Assembly: GCA_964016885.1 (NCBI GenBank)
Contig: OZ024740.1
Coordinates: 239,444,001 to 239,508,000, forward strand
Direction of reading: 5' to 3'
From: Eledone cirrhosa
Lineage: Eukaryota
DNA: 64,000 nt
The notes under the pieces were generated by a model that was not told the DNA's origin, made no database searches, and worked only from the letters and a program-made list of their open reading frames with translations. Numbering within the stretch: position 1 is the first letter of the stretch; every line of letters starts with the position of its first letter. The position numbers were made by a program, and so were the translations under genes. Below, one piece after another: positions 49,642 to 62,842 of the stretch.

Positions 49642-52600
49642 GTACCAACGAAAATATCAACAATGACATCAATACCTGTAATAGCGATCTCAGCACCACA
49701 AGTAAGACCAGTAGCGGCAGCAATAGTGGTGCTGCTGAAAAAGGGACCACTTCTTTTGCAGGTGTCGCCCAAAATATCGAGACAGTGTTAGTCGCAGAGG
49801 AGGAGATGGCAGTCGCAAGGGCCATGGTGACAAGAAGCGCCAATAGAGTCTCCCTGAAATTTCCACCCGATTTTTTCAAGGACCAGCAGCTACGGACGGT
49901 GACTTACCGCACCGTAAGCAAAATCTCACATCGGGTGGAGAGAGCCACGAGGGCTCAAATCCCAAAGGCCTTGGGGTGCGTCTGGGCACGCAAAACCCAC
50001 ATCACCCGAGGCAGAAAGTACGCCACAGTAGACGTACTTTTCGCCACCCCCCAGTCTCACTCTTTGGAAACCCTGAAGAGTGAGGAGATAGTCTTGGTGC
50101 CCTCCTACTGCGGGCAGAAAATTGTGAGGGTCAAAGTGACCCAGGTCCCACCCGACGTGCCTATACCTTGACTGGCCGCGTCTGTCCTTGCTGGAATCGA
50201 GAACAGGACGACCATGCTGCAAGTAGAAAAAATAGGGAGAGAGAACTGGTCAGGTATAGACATGCAAATGCTTATACAAACTGACCGGGAATGTATCGAC
50301 GCTATCCCCGATATCATAGACATCGAGGAAGGACTCCAACTCCCTATAAGTGTAGAAGGAAGACGGCCAAAATGTTTTCTGTGTGGGTCGAAGGGTCACC
50401 TCAGGGCCTTTTTCCCGCAGAAGGCAGCGAAGAAGAAGGCCCCTCTTCTTCCAATACCTGGTCCGCTGCTACCATGAACAGGGCAGGCAACAAACGCAGA
50501 AGCCCCTTCCACGGTGAGTAGGAGGGAAGCGTCCGTAGCACCCGTACAAAGGCCACGGACAACTAAAGCAGCATCATCAGTGGCGGCAACACCAATAGCT
50601 ACATTTGAAGTAGCTACACCAGCGACAAAATGGCCGAAGAGGGCTCCACTACCACCACCAACAGCCGTGGAGCACATACCCCTCCCAGACGCCACAGAAT
50701 CCGACATGGAGTTTGAGGCGGGAGTGAAGTAGCAAACGGTCTGCCACAAAAGACAAAAAAGAAAAAAACCCTTAGATTCACCTTCCAAAAGCAAAGGCAT
50801 ACAAAGAGGGGGTAAAGGCAGCAAGGAAACTTGCAGCAACACCACCACCATCACCACCACAAGCACCACTCACAACAACAACCACACCACCACCAGCATC
50901 ACCAAAAACACCAACAACGCAAACACACCAAACAGCAACAAGAAGAAAACAGCAACAAAATCACCCCTCCCCCCAAAAAAGTACACAGCCATAAACATGG
51001 CAAAAAAAGAACTCATACAATATATAAAGCAGCACACAGACATCACAGAAAAAAACTACTACACCCCACCAACACCAAGAACTCTCCCGACAAACATAAG
51101 CATCATTGAAATCTCAATAGAACAGTACAAACCTTTAAAACAAAAATTCCCCAACGCTGTTGGAAATTTCAGAGGGTCGGTTACCAAGAGGATATACACT
51201 GACATACTCTTGGTAATACCCATGACCAGCGAAAGGGACGGTTCTACTGTCCCTTCACCACACGATCAAGGTAAGTGACCCTTTCTCACTTGACCCGTTT
51301 CTCGTCCAACATGGCCGTACTTAGAATAGGCAGTATAAATGCACGTGGCCTGGGGTCATCTTGGAAGCAAGGTCACCTGCTCAACGACCTCAGGTCACTA
51401 AACATAGATGTGGTGGCCATCAGTGAGACCAGAATCTCCGAAGCACAAGCCTTCGCACCGATCTTCGCCGGCTACGATGTATACACATCTCCCAGCCGTC
51501 CAGGATAGGGGGGGGGGGTGCCGTCCTTTTTCGGGGAGGCTTGGATCTCGCCATACGGGCCATCTTCCTGGACCCAGAAGGTAAGTCGGTGGTGCTGGAT
51601 GTGACCAGCAGCGAAGGCAATGCTTTCAGGCTAGTAGCCGTCTACGCCCCAACAGGGGTAGGACGGCCAGATTTCTTCAGACGTCTAGAGACCTTTCTTG
51701 GAACGTCCCGCTCTTTAGTGTTAGTGGGCGACTGGAACGGTATCTTGGATGCACGCTGGGATTGTGTGGGGCTAGTGGATAGGAGAGGAGGGTGCAAGAG
51801 CCTCACCAACCTGCTCAGACGTTTTGAACTGTCTGACAGGTATCGACTGGATCACCCGAATGTGACAATGTGGACATGGACAAACCGCATCGGGTCATCC
51901 AGATCGTATCTTGATAGGGTATTCTGCAGAGAACTAAATCAGGCTAGTATAAGTTGTCCACAATTTAAAATAGTCGACTACACAGACCACAAATTTGTGA
52001 TCTGTGAGATCGAGATAGACAGACTTCATAGACAAGGGCCTGGTTACTGGAAGCTGAACGCGTCTTTCCCGGCGCGCAAAGCCTACAGAGACCGGATTAG
52101 CGTATTAGTTAAGCGGGCGTTGACGGGAGCGGTCGTCAACAACAGGTGGTGGTTCGCCCTGAAAAGGGCAATTAAAGTAGAGTCGATTAGGTTTAGCAAA
52201 GGAGCAGTGATAGAGGAAAATAGAGTAGAGGGAGAGCTAGTCAGAAAGCTAGAAGAGGCGTTTAGGACAGGCATCGCAACCGACGTGCTTGCGGCGAGAT
52301 TGGCACTCGACCAATTCTTCAACGCAAAACACGAAGGTTGCGTTGTCAGAGCTAGAGCGCGTGCTCTGAAACACGAAGGGACAAAAGCCGTCCAATGGCC
52401 CCATGTGGCAGAGGCGCGACGTGGCAACAAAGCCACAATTCGGTCTTTGTCTGACCAAAATGGGTGCGTGATGCTTGAACCCGAGCGAATGTGTGAGGCT
52501 TTTCAGCAGCACTTTGCTGAACTGTTCGGGAGCAGCGGTGGCCCGGATCGGGGCGTGGATTTCAGTGCAGGCCTCGACGGACTGCCTCGGCTCTCGACGA

Positions 52601-54964
52601 CCGCAGCACAGTGTTGCGAAAAGCCAATAACAGCCGGTGAAATACGGGTAGCGATGGCTAACTGCACAAGGGGTAAATCGCCAGGTTTGGATGGTCTGCC
52701 TTACGAGCTTTATGCATTTATGCCAGACTTGTTCGGTAACCTCTTGGCACACGTCTACTGCAACTGGCAGCAGAACGGGAGCATTCCCAGTTTTGTGAGC
52801 CGGGGAGCAGTAGCGCTGCTGAGAAAAGACCCGAACAAGGGGGACGTTATCGATAATTTCAGGCCCATAACCCTGCTAAACGCAGAGTTCAAGATTTTGG
52901 CCAAGGTGTTAGCAACGAGGTTGGCGCTTGTCGTTGGTGGTCTGGTGGGAGAGGCGCAGACATGCGCCATTCCGGACAGATCCATACACGACAACCTCCA
53001 CCTCATGCGATACATCATAGAGAGGGTGGTTAAGGAACCTGGCACGGGTGGGTCCCTGATCAACTTGGATCAATCCAAAGCATTCGATAGGGTCGACCAT
53101 CGTTACCTGGCGGCGGTCCTCGAGGCAGCCGGTTTCGGGCCCGTTTTGAGGGGTTGGATCGCAGTAATGTAAAGCGATATCTGCTCAGTTGTGAGGGTGA
53201 ACCGTCCTCTGTCGCAGCCGTTCAGCATCATGCGCTCAGTCTGCCAGGGTTGTCCGCTCTCGTCCCTCATGTGCGTATTGGCTCTCGAGCCGTTACTGCA
53301 CAAATTGTGGACGATGAGGGGCGTCCCACGCAAACTAGGATGCGGGAAATCCGAGTCGGCTTGCGCCGACGACTTCACCGTGGTGGTGTCAAGCACCAAA
53401 CACGTCCAGATGCTCGGCACCGCTCTCAAGGAATACGAAGCCGTGACAGGAGCAAAGATAAACCAGGAAAAGTCGGTGGGCTTGCAGCTCAGCACCTGGA
53501 GAGGCAAGTCCATGCCGTCCGACAGCGTCGTGGGGCGTTGGACGGACGGACCGGTTAAATTGCTCGGGGTCTGGTTCGGACCGGACCTCCAGATGGAGAA
53601 AAACTGGAACGAGGTGACGAGCAGGGTGGCCTCCCTAAACCCAGAAATGGGCCGAGAGGAAGATGTCCCTGAAAAGCCGGGCGGAGGTGGGGAATTCGTA
53701 CATCGCATCCGTCATCTGCTACCGCCTCACCGTCGTCCCTTGCTCCAGCCCAACTCTCACCAAATGGAGCGCCTCCTCTTCCGCTTCTTGTGGAAGTGAC
53801 GCCCTCCCATGGTCAGACGATCCATCTGCTGTCAACACCCGTTGCGTGGAGGACTGGGCATGCCATGGCTGATGATGCGCAAACATGCGCTGAGGCTGCG
53901 ACATCTCTGGTGCTTCCTTGATGGTGAACAGGTGTGGTTGCCGTTCGCCAGGCACGTTTTCCCACAGCTCGTCTCCTTGACGGAGCTGCAGTCCTGGGTC
54001 AGAAAAAGACCGAGGGATAGTGCTTGGAAACTGGAATGTCTCCAGGCGCTCACTGCCTTCTGCCAGCTGGGCCCCAGAATCGGTGGAACATTCACCTCGG
54101 CGTTCTATAGAGGTCTAGTGGAGGGGAAGAGCGACAACATTCTCGGAGAGATTCTGGGAGTCGAAGAAGATCAGCTGTTTGCTCTCTTCCGGAGAACTTT
54201 CAGCCCGGGGCCTATGGATAATTTCCAAAAATCCCTGGACTGGCAGTGCTACCGGGGAGCGCTGCGGGTTCGAGAAAAGCTCTACAGGCACGGAAGTGCC
54301 ATCAGCCGAGCCTGTCCGAGATGCGCGCAGAGCAACGAAACCGTCGTGCACGCACTCGTTCAGTGCCCAAGCATTGCTGACTTGTGGAGCTATGTCGAAC
54401 AGTTGCTGTCGCGTGTAGGACTGATCCGGTTGTCGACTGAGTCCATTGTGCAGATGGTCTCGCCGTCTTCCTTCGAGGTGGCCATGGCGAGAGAGATTGT
54501 GTGGTGGACAAGCTTAAAAAGGGTTAAAGACTGACACTTTCCTCTTCGGCGAATCCCTAATTAACTTTATTAGGTTTCACTTAAAGAGGAAAATCAGGGT
54601 GGAGATGCAAGTGCTGCCTTCTAGCAAGTTTGTTGTAGGTGGGTGAATGTAGGTACGTCTGTAGTTTGAGAGATGGAAAAATTGAGAGAGGGCGTTTGCC
54701 CTGGTGGTCAGGGTGGCCGTGGTCTTATGTGTGGTTTTCGCCACGAGTAACCCTCGTAGGTTTCCCCCTATTAGGGAACTTTTCATTGTTTCAATTTTCA
54801 TTTTTTTGTTTATATATATATATATGTTTCTATGTCCTTTTTTTTTCTTTTCTATAAATAATAAAAAATATTTACACGCACAAAACCCACATCGTACCGT
54901 CCTGTACCGTCCTGTGCCGTCTGTAATGTTTTTCTTGATGTCAGCCCTTGTGGCCAATAAAAAA
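49227..54964 (+). mobile_element. Tx1-type copy C: diverged subfamily lacking the 5' UTR, with multiple stops and frameshifts
   Basis: ORF1 pieces at 49227-51278 and ORF2 pieces at 51311-54660 are homologous to copy B. It ends CCCTTGTGGCCAATAAAAAA(TTA)n. Confidence 0.93.
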
Positions 54965-55003
54965 TTATTATTATTATTATTATTATTATTATTGTTGTTA
55001 TTA

Positions 55004-55366
55004 CTCTTTGAGTCTCAGTCATTGATGTTAGTTAACTGGAAAGTTTGTTGAAATGAATATCAAGCCACTACCTGCAGCCTCACATATTCAGGACGTATCG
55101 GAGGGTTCTTGCTGTTCCCAGCAAGCATGCATTTTGAAGCGTTCTAAAAAGCGTGAAGGGGCCAATTTTCTTTAACCATCCCTGGGAACTTTTTGAGATA
55201 GTCCCTAGTGCGCCTATGACAATCGGGATCACTTTGACTTCATGGCAATTCCAAATCCTTTTTACCTCCCACTTTAAGTCCTGGTATCGATTAATTTTCT
55301 CCCTCTCCTTCTCTTGCACTCTCGTGTCGAATGGGCAGGCCACATCCACAATAAGGCACGATCTTT
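55004..55366 (-). mobile_element. Dong-like copy 6, a ~360-bp 3' fragment
   Basis: ORF 55080..55349 corresponds to the RLE C-terminus, with TTA runs on both sides. Confidence 0.92.
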
Positions 55367-55393
55367 ATTATCATTATTATTATTATTATTATT

Positions 55394-58300
55394 GACTGCT
55401 ATGGTTGACGGAGGCTCGGCTCTGTAAGGTATTGTAAATTTTGACCGCTATAACAATTGTAAATTGTTTAAAACTTTAACCAACTTGTAGACAAAAATAC
55501 CCTCCTCCTCGTGAGAGGGGTCTTTCTGCCCGTTATTTGGCCCTTCGGGGTTAAATAACCGCTTATTGGAGTTTTGTGCCCAATATTTATTTTAAACCCA
55601 AAAAAACAACATGGCTACGAAAAAGAATTCTCATAGGTCACTTCCACTCATTCCGTCTATTTCTTCCTCAATCGTCACTACAGTAGAGAGAAGATTGTCT
55701 CCCCCCCCTTCTTTAAATGTGTCTCTCTCCCTCCCTTCTCTTTCGCAAGCGACGACAGAAAAGAAAAATCTCGTGCAAAGCGTGCAAGATTTCTCCACGA
55801 CGACGACGACAACGACGAAACAGGTGTGCGGGAAATACGAAAACCCATTTCATTCGTCTGACGTCAGGAATAATAGCTGTAGCAGCCGTAATAACAACAG
55901 CAACAGTGACAAGGAAAACAACAGTAGCAGCCGCAACAGCATCAGCAGCAGCATAAACAACAACAGCATTAGCAGCAGCAACAACAACAACAACCACAGC
56001 AACAGCGGTGGCGGCAGTAGTCGTAGTACCTGCAGCAACAACAAAAGTAACAGCAGCTCTGACGACAACAACAACAGCAGCAAAGAAAAACCAATCTCGT
56101 TTGCAGGTATCGCAAAGAACCTGGAAACCATCCTCATAACAAATGAGGAATTAGAGGAAGCGAAGAAGATGGTGACAAAAACTGGACACCGAGCAATCTG
56201 CAAGGCAGCGGAAAAGTTTTTCGAAACCCAACAGCACTGTACGGTCACGTACCGTACAGTAAGCACAAAACCCCGTAGGGTTGAAAGAGCCACAGAGGCT
56301 CAAATACAGAAAGCCTTGGGGTCTGTGTGGAAGCGGAAAACGCACATCACCCGAGGCAAGAAATATGCCACCGTGGACGTGCTTTTTGCCACACCCCAGG
56401 AGGCAAAGGCTCAATCCTTAGTGACCCTAAGGAGCGAGGAAATGGTGTTGGTGCCCTCCTACTGCGGGCAAAAAATTGTGAGGGTCAGACTGACCCACGT
56501 CCCCCCCGGGATGGCCCCTTCTTGGCTGGCCGCGTCTGTCCTCGTCGGAATCGAGGACAAAACAACTGTACTGCAAGTACAGAAAAAAGTAAGAGAAGAT
56601 TGGGTCGGCACCTCCATTGAGATGTTAATCCAAACCAACCAGGAGTGCATCGAAGCTATTCCGGATGTGATAGACTTCGATAACGGCACTCAACTGCCCA
56701 TAAGTGTTGAGGGCAAACGCCCGAAATGCTTTCGCTGTGGATCGAAGACTCAACACAGGGCTTCTGCAACGAAAAGACCCTGAGAAAGGAGAAACCCCCC
56801 TCCTTCCGAAACCGGCTCCACGGCTACCAGCAACAGGACAAGCGGCAACCAGGAACGATAGGTCCGTGGTACCCATACCCAGGCCACGGAAATCAAAAAC
56901 AGCAGCAGCAGTGGAAGTATTAACAACAACAACAGCAATACCAAATGCAGCTGCAACAGAGACTCCAGTGCAAACATCACCAACAACAACAAGAGTGGAG
57001 CTGGTACCCCTCCCCGACCTCACAGAATCAGACATGGAGTGTGAGGTGGGAGAGGGATGGCAAAAGGTCGTAAGAAGGCACAAACGCAGAAGCAGCGCAT
57101 CGTCGCCTTTGAAAAGGGAGGAAAGAAATGAAAAAACGGTAAAGGCTACTGCAAAGAGACTCACAGCAGCAACACCACCAACACCATCACCACCCACACT
57201 AGCACCACCATCACCACCGGCGACAACCCCACCGCCAACAACACCTTCAACACCACCACCACAAGCACCAACATCGCAAACACAACAACAAACACACACA
57301 CCCAGCAACAACGACAAGAAAATAGCAGAACCACACCCCACCCCCAGAAAAACAAATGCACGGCAATAAATACACACAACAAGAAACTAATGACTTACAT
57401 AATTGAACACACAGACATTTCACAACACGACTACATAATACCAGCACCAATCAAAACGCCAACTAACATAATACTGCTAAAAATAGCACAGAAACAATAC
57501 ACAAACATTAAAACGAAATTCCCCAATGCAGTTGGTGATTTCAGAGACCTAGGAGGGACACTCAACCGAAGGGTATATTCGGACATACTCATAGAAGAGC
57601 CGACGACCAGCCGAAGGGACGATTCAACGGTCCCTTCACCAGACGATCAAGTGAAAAGGGATGGAAAAACCATCCCTCCTCTACGAAAAGTACGGTAAGT
57701 GGTCTTTCCCATCTTTTCCACTCTATTTTAAACATAACCTCACACAGAATAGGCAGCATAAATGCGCGTGGCTTGGGGTCGTCATGGAAGCAGGGTCACC
57801 TGCTCAACGACCTCAGGTCACTAAACATAGATGTAGTGGCCATCAGCGAGACCAGAATCTCCGAAGCACGGGCCTTCGCACCGATCTTCGGCGGCTACGA
57901 TGTGTACGCATCTCCCAGCCGTCCTGGATCGGGGGGAGGAGTTGCTGTGCTTTTTCGGAGAGGTTTGGAACTCGCCATACGGGCCAACTTCCTGGACCCA
58001 GAGGGTAAGTTGGTGGTGCTGGACGTGACCAACGGAGACGGGCAAGCTTTCAGGCTAGTGGCCGTCTACCCCGACAGTAGCAGGGCGGCCTGATTTCTTC
58101 CGGCGTCTGGAGACCTTTCTTGGAACGTCCCGCTCTTTAGTGTTAGTGGGCGACTGGAACGGGATCTTAGATGCACGCTGGGACTGTGTGGGATTAGCGG
58201 ATAGGGGTGGAGGGTGCAAGAGCCTCACCAACCTGCTCAGGCGTTTTGAACTGTCTGACAGGTACCGATTGGATTTCCCGAATGTGCCAATGTGGACTTG

Positions 58301-60779
58301 GACAAATCGCATAGGTTCGTCCAGATCATATCTAGATAGAGTATTTTGTAGGGAAATAGATAGGTCTAGCATAGGCTGTCTACAATTCAAGATAGTCAGC
58401 TACACGGACCACAAATTCGTGATCTGTGTGCTTGACTTAGATAGGCTTCATAGACGAGGACCCGGCTACTGGAAGCTAAACGCGTCCTTACCAGCACGCA
58501 AGGCCTACAGAGACTGGATTAGCGAACTAGTTAAGCGGGCGTTGACGGGGGCCATCGTCAACAACAAATGGTGGTTTGCTCTGAAAAGAGCGATTAGAAT
58601 AGAATCCATTAGGTTTAGTAAGGCTTTAGCAATAGAGAAAAATAGAGCAGAGGGAGAACTAGTTAGAAAATTAGACGAGGCGCTTAGCAAAGGCATTGCG
58701 ACCGACGTGCTTGCGGCGAAATTGGCCCTTGACCAATTCTTCAATGCAAAGCACGAAGGCTGCGTTGTCAGAGCTAGGGTGCGTGCTCTCAGACACGAGG
58801 GGACGAAAGCCGTTCAATGGGCCCGAGTGGCGGAGGCGCGTCGTGGCAACAAAGCCACGATCCGGTCTTTGGTGGACCACTCGATCCCGGGCAAATGTGT
58901 GAAGCTTTTCAGCGACACTTCACTCAGCTGTTCGGGGGCAGCGGTGAGCCGGGTCGAGGGATGGACTTTAGCGTCTACCTCGACGGACTGCCGCGGCTCT
59001 CAGCCACTGAGGCCGAGTGTTGCGAAAAGCCGATAACAACCACTGAAGTAAGGGAGGTAATGACTGGGTGCACAAGGGGTAAATCGCCTGGTTTGGATGG
59101 TCTGCCCTATGAACTTTACGTACAGATGCCAGACTTGTTTGGAGGCCTCTTGGCGGACGTCTACTGCAACTGGCAACAGAACGGGAGAATTCCCAGTTCT
59201 GTGAGCCGAGGAGCGGTGCCACTGCTAAGAAAGGATCTGAACAACGGGGATAACATAGATAATTTCAGGCCTATAACTCTGCTAAACACAGAGTTCAAGA
59301 TTTTGGCCAAGGTGCTAGTAAAGAGGTTGGCGTTTGTCGTTGGTGGTCTGGTGGGAGAGGCGCAGACATGCGCCATTCCCGACAGATCCATCCACGACAA
59401 CCTCCACCTCATACGATACATCGTGGAGAGGGTAGCTAGGGAACCTGGCACGGGTGGGTCCTTGATCAATTTAGATCAGTCGAAAGCTTTCGATAGGGTC
59501 CACCATCGTTACCTAGCGTCAGTCCTGAGGGCGGCTGGCTTTGGGCCCGTCTTCAGAGGCTGGATCGCTGCCATGCACAGCGACATCTGGTCTGTGGTGA
59601 GAGTGAACGGTCACCTTTCGGAACCGTTCAACATCATGCGCTCGGTCCGCTAAGGATGTCCCCTCTAGTCCCTCTTGTACGTATTGACTCTCGAGCCATT
59701 ACTGCACAAACCGGAGACGTTGAGGGGCATCCCGCGCGAACTAGGATGCGGAAGATCTGTGTCAGCATATGCGGACGATGTCACCGTAGTGGTGTCGAAC
59801 GCCAAACACATCGAGGCGATCGGCACTACACTAAGAGAATACGAAGCGGTGACAGGAGCAATGATCAACCAGGAAAAGTCAGTGGGCCTGCAGCTCGGCA
59901 CCTGGAGAGGCAGGTCCATGCCGTCCAACAGCGTCGTCGGGCGCTGGACGGACGGACCGGTTAAATTGCTAGGAGTCTGGTTCGGTCCGGACCTCCAGAC
60001 GGACAAAAACTGGGACGAGGTGACGAGCAGGGTGGCTTCTCTCACCCAGAAATGGGTGGAGAGGAAGCTATCCCTGAAAGGACGAGCGGGGGTGGCTAAC
60101 GCGTACATCGCGGGCATGTCCGAGATGAGCGCAGGGCGACGAAACCGTACTGCACGCACTCGTCCAGTGTCCGAGCATCGCTGACTTGTTGGTTTATGTC
60201 GAACACCTGCTGTCATGTGTAGGACGGATCCAGCTATCAGCTGAGTCCATCGTGAGGATTGCCCCGCCCTCTTCCTTTAGCCGGGAAGGGCAGGCAGTTT
60301 TTATCTGTCTGGTGGCCATGGCGAAAGAGATAGTATGGTGGGCACGTTTGAAAGGGCTGAAGACGAGCACTTACCTCTTCGGTGATGCCCTGATTAACTT
60401 TTTCAAATTTCATTTGAAAAGGAAAATCAGGGTAGAGATGGAAGTGCTCTCTTCCCAGCATTTTGTTGAAAGATGGGTGAGAGAAGCAAGTATGGCCCGA
60501 GTGAATGGGCCTACTCTGAGTGTGTGTCTGTAAATTAAATATGGAAAACTGGGAGAGGGCACTTGCCCTGGTGGTCAGGGTCACTGTGGCCTTTTAATGG
60601 GCTTTCTCCACAAATGTCCCTCGGAAGTCTCCCCCCTATTGGGGAATATTTCATTGTTATTTTTTTTATTACATCCTCTGTTTTTTTTACACGCAGAAAT
60701 GCCCATTCGTACAGTCCTGCATTGTCCTGCACTGTCCTTAATGTCTACCTTATGTAAACCCTTGTGGTTAATAAAGAAA

Positions 60780-60781
<2 letters not shown>
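55394..60781 (+). mobile_element. Tx1-type copy D: same subfamily as B, 5'-complete but inactivated
   Basis: Same 5' UTR as B, with an ORF1 frameshift near 56750 and the ORF2 ATG mutated to ATA. ORF2 has frameshifts and a ~600-bp deletion at about 60110. A (TTA)n tail follows at 60782-60845. Confidence 0.95.
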
Positions 60782-60845
<64 letters not shown>

Positions 60846-60846
<1 letters not shown>

Positions 60847-60884
60847 TGGGTAATTGCTGGCCTTGTGCCAAAAGTAGAAACAAT
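60846..60884 (+). mobile_element. 3'-terminal ~40 bp of a family-1 SINE inside the (TTA)n tail of Tx1 copy D
   Basis: (TTA)n-CTGGGTAATTGCTGGCCTTGTGCCAAAAGTAGAAACA-(ATT)n. Confidence 0.9.
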
Positions 60885-62184
60885 TATTATTATTATTTTA
60901 ATGGTATTTACGTGTTTTATTCCATCCGGGCAGCAACTTCACAATCTCCTTTTTAATGTTTACGTTAGAAAGAAACGTTTACTTAGTTTGTTTGCCCATG
61001 CCCTCCCGCCAAGGTTGGATCCACATAGTTAGTTTCAATTTAACCACAAATACTCCATCTGCAAAGAAAGTTCTGGAGAAGTCGAGTATTCCCTCTGTAA
61101 ACACACCAACGGTGACATATGTAAACAGCTACAGGGATGAAAGCTCGATAAATTCACACGTTCCTCTACAATAAGTGTTGACATAAAATCCACTCAAACA
61201 GCATCTCATGTCATGTGTTACCTGGGCCGACGACTTTCATTGAATATCTCTTTAAAGATTATATAACTATTACATTCATATACAGCCAAACACCGATTCT
61301 CCCAACAGCAATTATCCTAATTTCAGATAATTGGAACAAGATCTCAAGGTAAATATTTAATCAGACATACAGTATATAACCTGAATAATGCTCGCACTAT
61401 CAATTCCTTTCTTGTTTCTCTTTTTGAGAGTGTGGGGGTGGGGGATGGTATGGGTATGAGGTGGGGTAGGGTGGAGGTAGGAATGGGTATGGGGGGGGGG
61501 GGGTCCCTTAAAATGATTAAAAGTCAGTTTGAATAACTGAAGAGCATAAACAAAATGTTACAAGAGAGAAGCGTTATACACACTGTTGCGACGATTCCGT
61601 ATTTTACTTAGGGTTATCAAAAGTACCACATGTCGGACAGTCCGCTCATTTGATCTTTGCCTGTCTCTTCATACAAGGAAAATATTTTAAACACATTAAC
61701 ATGGCTGACATGTAGAAGGGTTTAAATTTTAAAAGCATGACAAAATCAGATGTGCTCACTCTACGGTAGTTCTGGGCAGCAGTGGTATAGGAAGGCTTTT
61801 ACCATTCATGATATTGTTCTTGAATTTTCTGCCTTTCCTATCACTCTTCCTAACACAATACAGTACACATGAAAAGCGACGGAAAATGACCGAATGCGTC
61901 CAAAAGTGACTGCCAGCACGAAACGCTCCCTCACACCTCTCTAGCTACGTATGTGTTATAAGCAAGTTTATTCCTGTCTATGAAGAAAAGGGAAGACCAT
62001 TGACAGTCAAACATTGAAAAATATAAGCTTTTATAATGTCAGAATCATGATGAATAGGTATCCTAGCCTCCAAGTCAATACATTTTATCAATTGAATGGA
62101 TTAAATTATTTTGTAAATATGCTCCATAGAAAATAGAAAATTAATTTGAGGTTTACGATGGCTAAAATCTCAACAATATATTAA

Positions 62185-62367
62185 GGTGGATTGGCAGTAT
62201 TGGTAGAGGGTCGGACGCCATGCTTTCCAGCATAGTTACGTCCCTTTACGATTTGAGTTCAAATCCCGCCGAGGTTGACTTTGCTTTTCATCCTTACGGG
62301 GTCGATAAAATAAAGTAGCAGTAATGCACTGAGTGATTGCTGGCCTTGTACCTAAAGTAGAAACAAT
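62185..62367 (+). mobile_element. Family-1 SINE
   Basis: Full copy with TSD ACAATATATTAAG. Confidence 0.92.
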
Positions 62368-62842
62368 ATATTAAGCGCTGGATACTACAGTCCTGATTGT
62401 CACAACTGTTATAACAAATAATCTTCTTTAAAAAAAACTTAATGATCTAATTACAGTAAGCCAGTCTGCTAGAAGTAACAGCCAGATCTTACTAAAAAAA
62501 AAAAAAATACCCTTAAAGGAAGACACGTTAGAAAATGTTGACTTCGGTTCCATGAATACAGGGACGACGATATTGTCATGAGTGGAATGATAGGACTGAT
62601 CAGTCAAGGTAAAACAACAACAACAACAACAAACGTATTTTAAACTTAAGTATATTATCTATTAGGTGATAGCTAAACTTATCGTGTTTCATTACTATTG
62701 CATTGCAGACATTCGGAAAAGGTTTTTCTGTGTGAGTATAACACATTAAGTAGTCGCTATTTCCCCTCTGCCCTCCGCGAGTATAGACTGCCCTGTAAAA
62801 TATGTTACGGTTCCTACTCATTCTCGTCTATGTATGTATGTA

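Noticed and set aside
41060-60584. Long antisense ORFs over the Tx1 and Dong coding regions
   Set aside because: They are shadow frames of GC-rich or low-complexity coding sequence, and they recur only because the elements recur.
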